From: Vulcanimicrobiota bacterium
GTDB taxonomy: Bacteria > Vulcanimicrobiota > Vulcanimicrobiia > Vulcanimicrobiales > Vulcanimicrobiaceae
Direction: 5' to 3'
Assembly: GCA_963833095.1 (NCBI GenBank)
Contig: CAWHWQ010000008.1
Coordinates: 32,001-96,000 of the forward strand
Length of the DNA stretch: 64,000 nt
Shown here: positions 9,857-19,777 of the stretch, piece after piece
Position numbering within the stretch: position 1 is the stretch's first letter
How the letters are laid out: every line of letters begins with the position of its first letter
Translations under genes and position numbers: made by a program
Notes under the pieces: generated by a model
The model's input: only the letters and a program-made list of their open reading frames with translations
Databases searched by the model: none
What the model was told of the DNA's origin: nothing

Positions 9857-10942
9857 ATGCTTCGCATTCGGATATTTCGCGCTTCCCTTTGCATTGCAGC
9901 TGCATGTGTGCTCCTCAACTCGGGCTGCACGGGACGAACGACCGGAACCAACGCGACTCCGGTGCAAACACAATCAGATTCAATAGTTCAACCCGGCAAA
10001 GTTCCGTTTCAACCGGATAGTTATAACGACGGCTCGAGCATCTACGTCGCATCGGGTTCAAACATGCCGTATGAGACAACGATTCTCGTGTACGGTGAGG
10101 GAGAAAACGGCAACGCCGCGCCGATCCGCACGATCCAATCCCCCGAATTGCACGCCAAAGACATCGGGGCAATGGCGGTGGATGCGAGCGGCTATCTCTA
10201 CGTCTTCGTCCAGGCGTTAGGCCCGAACACGATTCTCGTCTTTGCGCCGCTCGCGAACGGACCCAACGTCACACCGGTGCGTATTATTGCCGGCAATAAC
10301 ACCGAGATGGTGATGGCCGAAGGCATGGACGTCGATGCGTCGGGTCGCATCTACGTCAATGAAAACGCCGGCCTCGGCAAAGGTATTATTCTGGAGTTTG
10401 CGCCGCTCTCGAACGGCAATATCGCGCCATCCGCCGTTATCGAGCCTTCCCCGCTTTGGCGAACCTTTTGGGGTGTAGAGAGTGGCCCGAGCCGCCTCTA
10501 CATTACGCAACGGCTCGCGCTGGGGCTGCGGATCGAGTTGTTTTCCAAAAATGCCGTGGGCGTGACGGCGCCGCTGTGCACGATCTCGAATCCAAGCGTG
10601 CTGCCGTACGCCTATGAGGACCTGGCCAAGGGGCCCGACCTCTATCCACTTTGGGCGGCCGTCGAGTTCCCCGTGTCCGAATTGATCGCGTACTCCGACT
10701 GCAATTCCACGCCTGTCGGGGTCATTCGCGGCCCGAACACCGGCCTGGCTGCGTTTAAATGGGTCAGCGGTATGGCGGTGAGCGAGCGTGGCACGCTGTA
10801 TGAGGTCTCCTTCAACGAGGTCCCCGCAGCGATACGCTCCTGGGCTCTGGGAAACCAAAACGGCGACGTGGCTCCGACTGCTGTGATATCGGGTCCGAAC
10901 ACCAAGCTCGGCATTTTGACCGCCATCGCCATCGGCCCTTAG
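9857..10942 (+). CDS. Secreted lipoprotein with about six NHL-like beta-propeller repeats
   Basis: Lipobox-like LLNSGC; repeats NGNAAPIRTI / NGPNVTPVRII / NGNIAPSAVI / AVGVTAPLCTI / NSTPVGVIRGPNT / NGDVAPTAVISGPNT; SD GGAGGG. Confidence 0.75.
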   Translation: MLRIRIFRASLCIAAACVLLNSGCTGRTTGTNATPVQTQSDSIVQPGKVPFQPDSYNDGSSIYVASGSNMPYETTILVYGEGENGNAAPIRTIQSPELHAKDIGAMAVDASGYLYVFVQALGPNTILVFAPLANGPNVTPVRIIAGNNTEMVMAEGMDVDASGRIYVNENAGLGKGIILEFAPLSNGNIAPSAVIEPSPLWRTFWGVESGPSRLYITQRLALGLRIELFSKNAVGVTAPLCTISNPSVLPYAYEDLAKGPDLYPLWAAVEFPVSELIAYSDCNSTPVGVIRGPNTGLAAFKWVSGMAVSERGTLYEVSFNEVPAAIRSWALGNQNGDVAPTAVISGPNTKLGILTAIAIGP

Positions 10943-11097
10943 CCGAGATTGTTTGGGGCGTAGCCAATATTGCCCTGGGTCTCTTTTACTATTTCAATCG
11001 AGAGGCCGAGCACTCTCCGGATCGAATTTTATTGATCGGATACTAACCGTGGTTATTCGTTCGCCGTAGTGCTTAAAGCACTATAAGGAGGCGGCAC

Positions 11098-13209
11098 ATG
11101 CCGCATTTGCGCTCATCCCTCGCCCTCGCGGCACTTGCCGCATTGCTTAGCGCCTGCGGCGGAGGTGGCGGCGGCTCGTCGCCGATCCCTTCGAGCGGTG
11201 GGTCCGGCACCCAGCCGGCGCAAACATCCCCCGCAAATTTGGTGATCGTCATTCCGCCTGCGAGTCAACAGAATACGCATTTCCGCCCGACCTACATTTC
11301 GGCCGGTACGCAATCGATGACCGTCGGCCTCGTTACAGGTACCTCGACCACGCCGCTTGCGACCGTGAATCTCACCACCGGATCGCCGAATTGCACCGTG
11401 CCGACGGGTGGCGGATTGCAGTGCACCGCGACGGTACAAGCCCCATTCGGCACCGACACGTTCCTTGTATCGACCTACAGCGGACTGAACGGCGGCGGCA
11501 CCCTCTTATCGACGGGCCAAGTGAAAGTGACGCTGACAAGCGGTGCAGCGCCGCCAACGGTCGCGCTCTCGCTCGACGGTGTGCCGCACACGGTTTCGCT
11601 CGTGCTTGGAACCACGGCGCTACCGGTGGGCACCGCCGGCTCGACCGCGGTCATCGTGCAAGCCTCCGACGCGAGCGGAAATCTCATCATCGGCCCCGGT
11701 CTGTTTTCAACGCCGATCACGCTGACGGTTAGCGGTGACACGTATAATACACTCAAGCTATCGAACACGTCCGTGACGTCGCCGGGACAGGTCGTGACGC
11801 TAAGCTACAACGGCAACACGAACGTCGGCTCCACGATCACGCCTACCGGCTCGGGCCTCAGCGGAGCATCAGTGTCATTCAACGCGACCGGCGCAGTACT
11901 CACGCTATTCCAGTATTACGATGCGACGAACGGCGTCTACGGATACCCGCAGGACGTCGCAGCATTCCCGACGGGCACGCCTGGATATGCGGGTGAAGCC
12001 GCGGTACTGATGGAGCTTTTCAGCACTCCCAACGACAGCGAATACTATGGAATCGGCGTTGCGTCGCCAGCCGGCGTCAAGCAGACGTTTGTGGGCGACA
12101 CGAGCGATCCGTACAATCTCCCGGCCCCCGGCTCGCTTACGATTCCCGGCGTGATCGTCGTCCACGGGATGAGCAGTGGGCTCGACAACGAGGTGCTCGA
12201 TGCATACGACGATATCGCGGCGAGTTCGGGCGCCTACGTCTTTTACTCGGGCTATTTCACGACGGAATCGGGGACAAGCTGCCCGGAAGAAGAGACAGAA
12301 ACCAGCGGCACCATCGGTGCTTTGAATCCGACGAACGGCACGACGACCGAGCACGTACTTCTTGGTTACCCCGCCGCGATTCGAGTCGATAGCGCAGGGA
12401 ACGTCTGGTTCATCGAATCCAGCGGCGATTGCGACGAAGAGAGCCCGCTTATCGGCGGAAACGGCTATGCCATCGGTGAGTGGAAAGACGCACCGATCGG
12501 GCCGGTGACCGAAACACTGTTTAATGCTGCCGGTTTGGGAAGCATCGGCTACCCCAGCGACATGTCGATCTCCGCGGATGGTTCCGCGATGTTCATCGCC
12601 GACGAAAACAAAAGCACCATTTCGAAGATCAAGACAGCGCCGTTTTCCTCACTTCCGGCTCTGACGTTGACGAACAGCCTCTATCCGGAAGCTATTGCGA
12701 CGGCGAACGATGCAGCGCAAACCACTGCCTGGTGGAGTGACAATGATCCACTCGACAACTACTTCTACGGCTATGTTTCGGGAACCGCGTTCTCGACCGT
12801 CGCTGAAGCGACATTCCCGATCAACTACTTCTACAGTTTCGACATGAGTTACGCCGACGGAAGCTTCTGGGTCGCCGGGGCTGAGGACGCGACAGGTATC
12901 GGCCGCGTATCCGGACTCTCGGCGGGATCACCGGTGAACGGATACTATGCGATGCCGACCTCCAGCGAGGGCGACGACGATTGCGGCGGATATCAAAACG
13001 TCCAGAGCATCTCTTCGGCCAGCGGGAGCGTCTGGGCGGTTGACGACGACTGCAACAACTTCGATATCCTGCAATATGGGGAGCCCAGCAACGGCACCGT
13101 AACCTACACTGCCGTTCGCCATATCGGAGCAACGAACACGCGGCGTAACCCGCACCCGCTGACGAGCCACCACGCGGTGAATCGGCGAGCGCACGCAAGG
13201 CCGCACTAG
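11098..13209 (+). CDS. Large secreted lipoprotein: T/S/G-rich beta-sandwich N-half and acidic beta-propeller (Vgb/NHL-like) C-half
   Basis: Lipobox LLSAC followed by GGGGGG; SD AAGGAGG; blade-like segments DSAGNVWF, ADGSAMFIAD, ADGSFWV, SGSVWAVD. Confidence 0.75.
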   Translation: MPHLRSSLALAALAALLSACGGGGGGSSPIPSSGGSGTQPAQTSPANLVIVIPPASQQNTHFRPTYISAGTQSMTVGLVTGTSTTPLATVNLTTGSPNCTVPTGGGLQCTATVQAPFGTDTFLVSTYSGLNGGGTLLSTGQVKVTLTSGAAPPTVALSLDGVPHTVSLVLGTTALPVGTAGSTAVIVQASDASGNLIIGPGLFSTPITLTVSGDTYNTLKLSNTSVTSPGQVVTLSYNGNTNVGSTITPTGSGLSGASVSFNATGAVLTLFQYYDATNGVYGYPQDVAAFPTGTPGYAGEAAVLMELFSTPNDSEYYGIGVASPAGVKQTFVGDTSDPYNLPAPGSLTIPGVIVVHGMSSGLDNEVLDAYDDIAASSGAYVFYSGYFTTESGTSCPEEETETSGTIGALNPTNGTTTEHVLLGYPAAIRVDSAGNVWFIESSGDCDEESPLIGGNGYAIGEWKDAPIGPVTETLFNAAGLGSIGYPSDMSISADGSAMFIADENKSTISKIKTAPFSSLPALTLTNSLYPEAIATANDAAQTTAWWSDNDPLDNYFYGYVSGTAFSTVAEATFPINYFYSFDMSYADGSFWVAGAEDATGIGRVSGLSAGSPVNGYYAMPTSSEGDDDCGGYQNVQSISSASGSVWAVDDDCNNFDILQYGEPSNGTVTYTAVRHIGATNTRRNPHPLTSHHAVNRRAHARPH

Positions 13210-13220
13210 AAAGGTCTGGC

Positions 13221-13637
13221 ATGCACATCAAGGTCAACTGGTGGGCGATTCTTGTTTCCGATATCGTCCTGTTTCTTCTTGGATGGCTCTGGTACGACGT
13301 GTTCTTTGGCAGGGTGTGGCTGGCCGCGCTGCGCGAGGTCACACCGCAAGTCAGCATGGGGTTCACGTCGTATGCGTTTGTGGTCTCGCTCGTCGGCGGC
13401 TTCTTTCTTGCATACGGACTTGCCCTGATTTTGAAATGGCGCGGCGCCGTCGGACCCCTTGAAGGCGCATGGATCGGCTTTGCGTTCGGATTGCTGATCT
13501 TCGGAACGATGACATGGATGGACTACGTCTATTCCGGATGGGGCGCGGCGCTGGGCTTCATCAACACCGGCTTCGTGTCCGTCGGCATGGGGGTCATGGG
13601 CGCCATTTTGGCAGCCTGGAAACCGCGCGGCGCCTAA
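13221..13637 (+). CDS. DUF1761-family four-TM membrane protein
   Basis: N-terminal motif VNWWAILV...LGWLWY..FFG..W; four hydrophobic segments. Confidence 0.8.
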   Translation: MHIKVNWWAILVSDIVLFLLGWLWYDVFFGRVWLAALREVTPQVSMGFTSYAFVVSLVGGFFLAYGLALILKWRGAVGPLEGAWIGFAFGLLIFGTMTWMDYVYSGWGAALGFINTGFVSVGMGVMGAILAAWKPRGA

Positions 13638-13638
13638 T

Positions 13639-13672
13639 TATGACAGCGCCTGTCATATATGGGCGCTACGCT
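13639..13672 (+). promoter_or_regulatory. Palindromic operator TATGACAG-cgc-CTGTCATA plus -10 TACGCT, upstream of the VOC gene
   Basis: Perfect 8-bp inverted repeat at 13639..13657; TGTCAT-N10-TACGCT geometry. Confidence 0.7.
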
Positions 13673-13706
13673 TGGGGCAGGCTAATCGATGAACAAGGAG
13701 AGTCCC

Positions 13707-14474
13707 GTGAGCGTTCAGTCAACGTCCACCGCCGCGACCGCCATCACCGGCACCGATCTGGTCGGATGCACGGTAGCGGATTTCCAAAAATCCCTCGCGT
13801 TTTATCGCGACACCCTTGGCATGGAGCCGTCGGTCGTCGCCGAAAGCGGCGCCGAATTCCATCTTCCCGACGGCACAACGTTCGGTCTCTGGCAACCGCC
13901 CGAGAGTGAAGGCATGAAGCCGAGCTTCAGTGTGATGTTCTCCGTCGCGGACGCAGCCGGCGCCACGCAAGCAATTCGGGAGCGCGGCGGCACCATCAGC
14001 GACCTATTCGAATCGCCCGTCTGCTACATGGCGATGGGCACGGATTCCGAGGGCAACGGCGTCATCGTGCACCAGAAAAAGACGCGCGACGAACATAAGC
14101 CGTCGGGCCAAGCCCGCACCTTAACGACCATCCACGGTATCGACCTCGCCGGATTCTTCGCCACGGATCCCGAGCGTGCAATTGCATTCTATCGCGATAC
14201 GCTCGGTCTCACGCCGACCGAGATCACCCCGGGGCGCGGCTCGGAGTTCGCGCTAGAAGACGGATCGACGTTCGGCGTCTGGAGCATGCCCAACACACCT
14301 CCGGGTGGATTCGTGATGTTTGCCGTCGATGACGCGCGCGCCAAGGCGGCGGAACTACGCAGCCGCGGCATGCAGCTCACCGACGTTCTAGAAACGCCGA
14401 ACTGTTTTATGGCCTGGGGTCCCGATCCCGAAGGCAACAGCGTCATCATTCACCAACGAAAGGCGCATGACTAA
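13707..14474 (+). CDS. Two-domain VOC (glyoxalase/bleomycin-resistance) family protein
   Basis: Duplicated AFYRDTLG...EF.L.DG.TFG.W...MF.V.D...D.EGN.VI.HQ; GTG start with SD AAGGAG. Confidence 0.9.
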   Translation: MSVQSTSTAATAITGTDLVGCTVADFQKSLAFYRDTLGMEPSVVAESGAEFHLPDGTTFGLWQPPESEGMKPSFSVMFSVADAAGATQAIRERGGTISDLFESPVCYMAMGTDSEGNGVIVHQKKTRDEHKPSGQARTLTTIHGIDLAGFFATDPERAIAFYRDTLGLTPTEITPGRGSEFALEDGSTFGVWSMPNTPPGGFVMFAVDDARAKAAELRSRGMQLTDVLETPNCFMAWGPDPEGNSVIIHQRKAHD

Positions 14475-15306
14475 CGAGGCAGTTTTAGTAACAGGTGCAT
14501 CGACCGGCATCGGTCATGCCGTTTCGATGCACCTGGCGCGCAATGGATTCACCGTCTACGCGGGTGTTCGCAAAGAGGGCGACCGCGAACGGCTCGAAGC
14601 CGAACACGAAAGCATCCGCCCGCTCATCCTCGACGTCACTGTTCCAGCCGACGTCACACGCGCGGTGCAGTCGGTGCGCGAGCGTGGTGATATCCTTACC
14701 GGCCTCGTGAACAATGCCGGCATCGCAGTCGCCGGTCCACTCGAATTTCTCCCGATCGAGGCGCTGCGCCATCAATTCGAGGTCAACGTCATTGCGCCGA
14801 TTGCGATGACGCAAGCGGCATTGCCGATGTTACGCGAATCGCGCGGCCGGATCGTCACCATCGGCTCCATTGCGGGGCGCCTCGCGGCGCCGTTCATCGG
14901 ACCGTACAGCGCATCGAAAGCCGCGATCGCTTCGCTCACCGATTCGCTGCGCCAAGAACTCGCGCCGTTCGGCATCGGCGTCTCGCTGCTCGAGTTCGCT
15001 TCAGTCAAAACGCCGATTTGGGCGAAGGGGCGCGCCGGCCGCGACAGGCTGGCCGCATCGATGCCGCCGCAAGCAATGACCTATTATGGCGCGCTTGCCG
15101 ACGCTGTCATCGCGCAGACCGCCGTGGAAGAGCGCGAAGGCATGGACCCGAATGTCATTGCGGCAACGGTGTTGGCCGCGTTGCGCGCGCCCAAGCCGCG
15201 CGAGCGCTACCTCATCGGCAGTAAAGCCAAGATGCAGGCGGTCGTCGCACTCCTTCCGCCGGGAACACGCGATAAGCTGGTCAAGAGTGCGATGAAGCTT
15301 CCGTGA
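14467..15306 (+). CDS. SDR family oxidoreductase
   Basis: TGASTGIG, LVNNAG, YSASK. Confidence 0.95.
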   Translation: MTNEAVLVTGASTGIGHAVSMHLARNGFTVYAGVRKEGDRERLEAEHESIRPLILDVTVPADVTRAVQSVRERGDILTGLVNNAGIAVAGPLEFLPIEALRHQFEVNVIAPIAMTQAALPMLRESRGRIVTIGSIAGRLAAPFIGPYSASKAAIASLTDSLRQELAPFGIGVSLLEFASVKTPIWAKGRAGRDRLAASMPPQAMTYYGALADAVIAQTAVEEREGMDPNVIAATVLAALRAPKPRERYLIGSKAKMQAVVALLPPGTRDKLVKSAMKLP

Positions 15307-15860
15307 TCGCCGTGCTTCTCGCCGCGGTTCTTGCCTGCGGAGCCTCGGCAAATCAGATGGAACTCAACGAGTGTGCCGCCGAAGCGCGCGAACGCGCCAA
15401 TGCACAGGAGCTATCTACCTACCGCGCAGCGATGCAACGCCATGATAATGACGCCGTGCTTCGCGAGAGCGAACTACGCTGGCTCGCGGCGCGTGCCAAT
15501 GCGTGCAATTTCGACTCCGCGCTGGTCAGCGGCGGCTCGATCGAACCGATGATTGAGTTAGCGTGCCTTGCGCACTCGGCGCAGGCGCGCATCCGCGATA
15601 TCGGTCTTTTTACCGGCCGGCCCAATCCCGCCGGCGCAATTGCGTCTCCACAGGCGGTTGCTGAGCACGATCGGGTCTACGGGCTCCTCGAGAATTTGGT
15701 CACACCCGACCAGCGAACGCTGCTGGTCGGCGCGGAGAACGCGTGGTTATGGTATCGTGACGAGGCTTGCTCGCGCGCGACCAATGACTGCGCGACCGCG
15801 CTGACCATCACACGCACGCAAGAGCTCAAGGACTCGTGGCTCGCCGAGAAGTTCTGGTAA
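15303..15860 (+). CDS. Secreted LprI/DUF1311 lysozyme-inhibitor-like protein with two tandem domains
   Basis: Signal peptide; NQMELNECA, LRESELRWLAARANAC and LVGAENAWLWYRDEAC. Confidence 0.8.
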   Translation: MIAVLLAAVLACGASANQMELNECAAEARERANAQELSTYRAAMQRHDNDAVLRESELRWLAARANACNFDSALVSGGSIEPMIELACLAHSAQARIRDIGLFTGRPNPAGAIASPQAVAEHDRVYGLLENLVTPDQRTLLVGAENAWLWYRDEACSRATNDCATALTITRTQELKDSWLAEKFW

Positions 15861-15863
15861 CCG

Positions 15864-16628
15864 CTACAAGTACTGCTTGAAAAACGCGAGCACACGGTCG
15901 CGTGCGTCGGCGGCTGAGGTGGCGTTGTACCGGAGCGTGTAGACATGCCCATGAATGTGCACAAGCTTGTTCGCCGTGGGGTCATCGAACCTGTGATAGG
16001 TGTTCGGATACACGTGAATAGTACCGGGAGTTCCGTTTTGAGCCAGCGCGCTCATGAAATCTTCGCACGACTTTGCATCCGTCCAATCGTCCGATGCACC
16101 GATCAGGAGAAGCAGCGGATCGATCAGTGCCTTTGAGGGCTTTTGCTCGCAGGCGGCCGGATAGAATGCGACAGACGCGGCAAAACCGTTCTGCGCGAAG
16201 CCCGCGAGTGTCGCGGTCTCGGCGTTCTCGGTGTACAGTACGGCACCGCCGCCGTGGGAGAAGCCGATGACCCCGATGTGTGCGGGATCGACGTCAGGCA
16301 ACGTCCGCAAATAGGCGAGTGCTCCGTACGCATCGAACGCGCGCATGCGCGCCGGTATTGCCGGCGTGCCGCACACGCGGTCGACGTGGCGCGGACCGAA
16401 ACTATCAACCGCGAGCGCAATGTAGCCGTTTTGCCCAAGCCAATTTCCCCAATCGGTGATGTCCGAGTCGAGTCCGTCACACGCATGCAAGATCACGACA
16501 CCCGGACGGCGCTCGGGTACTCCGACCTGCTCGTAGAGCGTCCCGGTCAGCGTGACGCCGGGATCCTTGCTCGGAAAACTCACCGGCGAGAGCTCGATTT
16601 GCGCCGCCATGAAGGCCGCCAAGAGCAT
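15864..16628 (-). CDS. Dienelactone hydrolase family alpha/beta-hydrolase
   Basis: VILHACDG, GFSHGG nucleophile elbow, GASDDWT, YPNTYHRFD. Confidence 0.9.
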   Translation of the reverse strand: MLLAAFMAAQIELSPVSFPSKDPGVTLTGTLYEQVGVPERRPGVVILHACDGLDSDITDWGNWLGQNGYIALAVDSFGPRHVDRVCGTPAIPARMRAFDAYGALAYLRTLPDVDPAHIGVIGFSHGGGAVLYTENAETATLAGFAQNGFAASVAFYPAACEQKPSKALIDPLLLLIGASDDWTDAKSCEDFMSALAQNGTPGTIHVYPNTYHRFDDPTANKLVHIHGHVYTLRYNATSAADARDRVLAFFKQYL

Positions 16629-16630
16629 GA

Positions 16631-16919
16631 TTACCCGCGCGGGCCGAAGCCGCGATAGCCGCGCAACGGCACAAACTGCGCTTCGAGCATCCCCGCGGCC
16701 GCGAGCGGAAAGACGGCCAAACGCCGCCTGAGCTTCGTCGAGCGAAGCAATTTCGAGCAGCAAGCACGCGCCCAGCACGTCTTGCCGGCTCCATGCAGAA
16801 CGCACGATGCCCTCAGCATACATCGTGCGCAGCACCTCGGCTTCGGGTTCGAGCAGTTCAGCGAACTGCGCTTCGGTAAACGCTTCCATGCGGCGACGTA
16901 CGAGTACTAGGACTTGCAT
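16631..16919 (-). CDS. Small muconolactone-isomerase-like (dimeric alpha/beta barrel) protein; one frameshift at about 16715
   Basis: PEAEVLRTMYAEGIVRSAWSRQD..GACLLLE..SLDEA continues as FPLAAAGMLEAQFVPLRGY in ORF 16631..16819. Confidence 0.65.
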
Positions 16920-16922
16920 ACC

Positions 16923-17366
16923 TTACGATATCACTCCAAAGATGCGCCGGTCGTCGGCGTCGATGATGTCGAGAATGTGCTCGAGCTCCGGATGCAGCGC
17001 GAGTGTCGGCGCGTAGATCTGCGCAAAGTACTCCGGATCCTGCGCATGCCGCGGACGGACGCGGCGGAGAATTTCATTGATCGCGGGATACTCCGACGGG
17101 TCGGTGTGCTCGCGCAGCCACACCGCAACGTCCGCTTCGCCGGCGGCGCGCTGCACGACGGCGCGTAACTCATCCTCATCGACACCCAAGCGATGGAGCA
17201 GGAAACCGGAGATTCCCGGGATTTTGCCGTTGATGAAATATTCACCGGGATTGCCGCCGGGCAACAGTCCGCGCAATTTGTCGATGGTGCGCGGCATGAG
17301 CATCAATCCGTCGAGCTCGTCAAAACACGAACGCGGCGGTTGCCGCGTCAAATCGAGCGGTTCCAT
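16923..17366 (-). CDS. DUF5069 family protein
   Basis: DLTRQPPRS..ELDGLMLMPRTIDKLR..LPGG..GEY. Confidence 0.8.
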   Translation of the reverse strand: MEPLDLTRQPPRSCFDELDGLMLMPRTIDKLRGLLPGGNPGEYFINGKIPGISGFLLHRLGVDEDELRAVVQRAAGEADVAVWLREHTDPSEYPAINEILRRVRPRHAQDPEYFAQIYAPTLALHPELEHILDIIDADDRRIFGVIS

Positions 17367-17417
17367 GCCGGCTGCTTCGACGGGGAGGCCTATGGAACTG
17401 CCGAGAAAGGGTGGGGC

Positions 17418-18923
17418 ATGCCCTTCGATTCCCTGCGAGCCTTTGTCGACGCGCTGCGGCGCGCCGGCGAAGTCCACACGATCTCCGCCTCGGTCGACCC
17501 CAACCTCGAAATCGCCGAGATCACCGATCGCGTGGTCAAAGCCGGAGGCCCGGCGTTGTTCTTTGAGGACGTCAAGGGCTCGGCGTTCCCCGTGCTGACC
17601 AATCAATTCGGGTCGCAGCGCCGGATGGCAATGGCCTTTGACGCATCCGCGCTCGACGCGGTCGCGGCGCGTTTACGCGCCTTGCTCGATCTTTCTCCGC
17701 CGGGCGCTTCATGGGGCGAGAAGTTCGATGCGCTCAAACGTTTTGCGCCGCTTGCGAACGCGATTCCCAAGACGGTGCGCGATGCTCCGTGTCAAGAGGT
17801 CGTGCATGCGCGAACCCGACTTGCGCAAATTACCCGTGTTGACCACCTGGCCCCTCGACGGCGGACCGTTCATCACGCTTGCCGCTCGTGATCACCAACG
17901 ACCCGCGCAACGGACGGCCCAACGTCGGCATGTATCGCATGCAGGTGTACAACGAACGCGAGACCGGAATGCATTGGCAACGTCACAAGCAAGGACGCGC
18001 GCACGCCGATGCGTGGGGTGAAAAAATTCCGGTTGCCGTCGCGATCGGAAGCGATCCGGTGCTGACCTACGCCGCGACCGCGCCGCTGCCGCCGGTACTG
18101 GATGAGTTCGCGTTCGCGGGGCTCTTGCGCGGCAAACCGATCGAACTGGTCAAGGCGCGTACCAACGATCTCAAGGTGCCGGCGGGCGCCGAGTTCGTGC
18201 TCGAAGGCTACGTCGACAACACTGACCTTCGCACCGAAGGGCCGTTCGGCGATCACACCGGCGTGTACAGTTTGGCCGACACCTATCCGACGTTTCACGT
18301 CACGTGCATCACCCATCGACGTAATCCGATCTATCCGGCAACCGTCGTCGGCAAACCGCCGATGGAGGATGCGTGGCTCGGCAAAGCCACGGAGCGCATC
18401 TTTTTGCCGCTGTTGCAAATGGTGTTGCCCGAAGTCGTCGATATGAATCTGCCGGTCGAAGGCGGTTTTCACAATCTCGCGATCGTCTCGATTCGCAAGC
18501 AATATCCCGGCCACGCGAAGAAAGTCATGAACGCCCTGTGGGGCTTGGGCCACATGATGATGCTTACCCGCATGCTTGCTGATCGTCGATGCCGATATCG
18601 ACGTGCAGGACGTGCGCAGCGTCGCCTGGTTTGCGCTCAACAATCTTGCGCCGGATCGCGACGTCGTGATGATGCCGGGTCCGGTGGACGATCTCGATCA
18701 CGGTTCGTACACGATCGCGTACGGCACCAAAGTCGGCATCGACGCAACGCGCAAGAGCGCAGCCGAAGGTTACACGCGCGAGTGGCCGCCCGACATCGTG
18801 ATGGATAAGGCGACCAAAGAACGCGTAAGCAAACGCTGGCACGAGTATGGGCTCGATCGCATCGCGCAAGCGCTGGTTCCCGATGGATGGTCTGGTCAGG
18901 GCCCGCAGGCGTTCGGAGGATGA
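17418..18923 (+). CDS. UbiD-family (prFMN) decarboxylase of the menaquinone/futalosine MqnL type; frameshifts at about 17800-17880 and 18575
   Basis: VDPNLEIAEITDRV.K.GGPAL.F, TWPLDGGPFIT, NVGMYRMQ, MHWQRHK, EGPFGDHTG.Y, GKPPMED, KVGIDAT. Confidence 0.92.
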
Positions 18924-18926
18924 CGC

Positions 18927-19777
18927 GTGATTAAGCTGTTCTTGCGCGAGATTCGCATCGAGCATACGCTCTTCGCGCTGCCGTTTGCCTACGTCGGCGC
19001 GGTGCTCGGAGCACGCGGTCTGCCGAGCTGGCCGGCGCTCTTGTGGATCACGCTCGCGGTCGTCGGCGCGCGGACCGCCGCGATGGCCGCCAATCGCTAT
19101 TTCGATCGCGACATCGACGCGCGCAACCCGCGTACCGCGCGGCGCGCGCTTGCAACCGGCGCGCTCTCGCCGGCGGTAATGCTCTGGGCTATCGCGCTCG
19201 GCCTCGTCTTGCTGTTGCTCTCGGCCTGGATACTCAATCCGCTCTGTGTGAAGCTCCTGCCGATCGCCGCCGTCGGCGTGCTGGTCTATCCGCTGTGCAA
19301 GCGTTTCACGTGGCTGCGTCCATTTCGTACTCGGCGCGGTCGACGGGCTCGCACCGCTCGGCGCCTACATCGGGGTTACCGGCACGGTGAGCGCGAGCGC
19401 GTTGCTGCTCTTCGTCGCCGTCACCGTCTGGGTCGCCGGCTTCGACATCGCCTATGCGCTCATGGATCTGCCCACCGACCGCGAGCAACACATCAGTTCG
19501 GTGCCCGTACGCTTCGGCGAGCGCGCCGGCCGCTGGCTTCCGATCGCTCTGCACGCGGTGATGGCCGCGCGTCCTGGCGCTCGCCGGCATGCTCGGCGGA
19601 GCGGGCTGGCTATACTACGCTGGCGTCGCCGCTGCGATCGCGCTGACGGTCTACGAAAACCGGCTCTACGGCGTATCCGAGAACGTTTTCGTTCTGAACG
19701 AACGTATCTTTACCGGGAACATGGCGTTCTCGGTGGTCTTTTTGGCCGCCACGCTCGGAGGCTACCTTATCCATTGA
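18927..19777 (+). CDS. UbiA-family polyprenyltransferase (MqnP type); frameshifts at about 19320 and 19570
   Basis: IEHTLFALPFAY, ARTAAMAANRYFDRDIDARNPRT, WVAGFDIAYALMD..DR....S.P.RFG. Confidence 0.92.

Noticed and set aside
15864..16919. Apparent muconolactone-isomerase/dienelactone-hydrolase fusion ORF (351 aa)
   Set aside because: The small protein's natural C-terminus is in another frame (ORF 16631..16819) and the hydrolase has its own ATG at 16628; a single indel explains the join.
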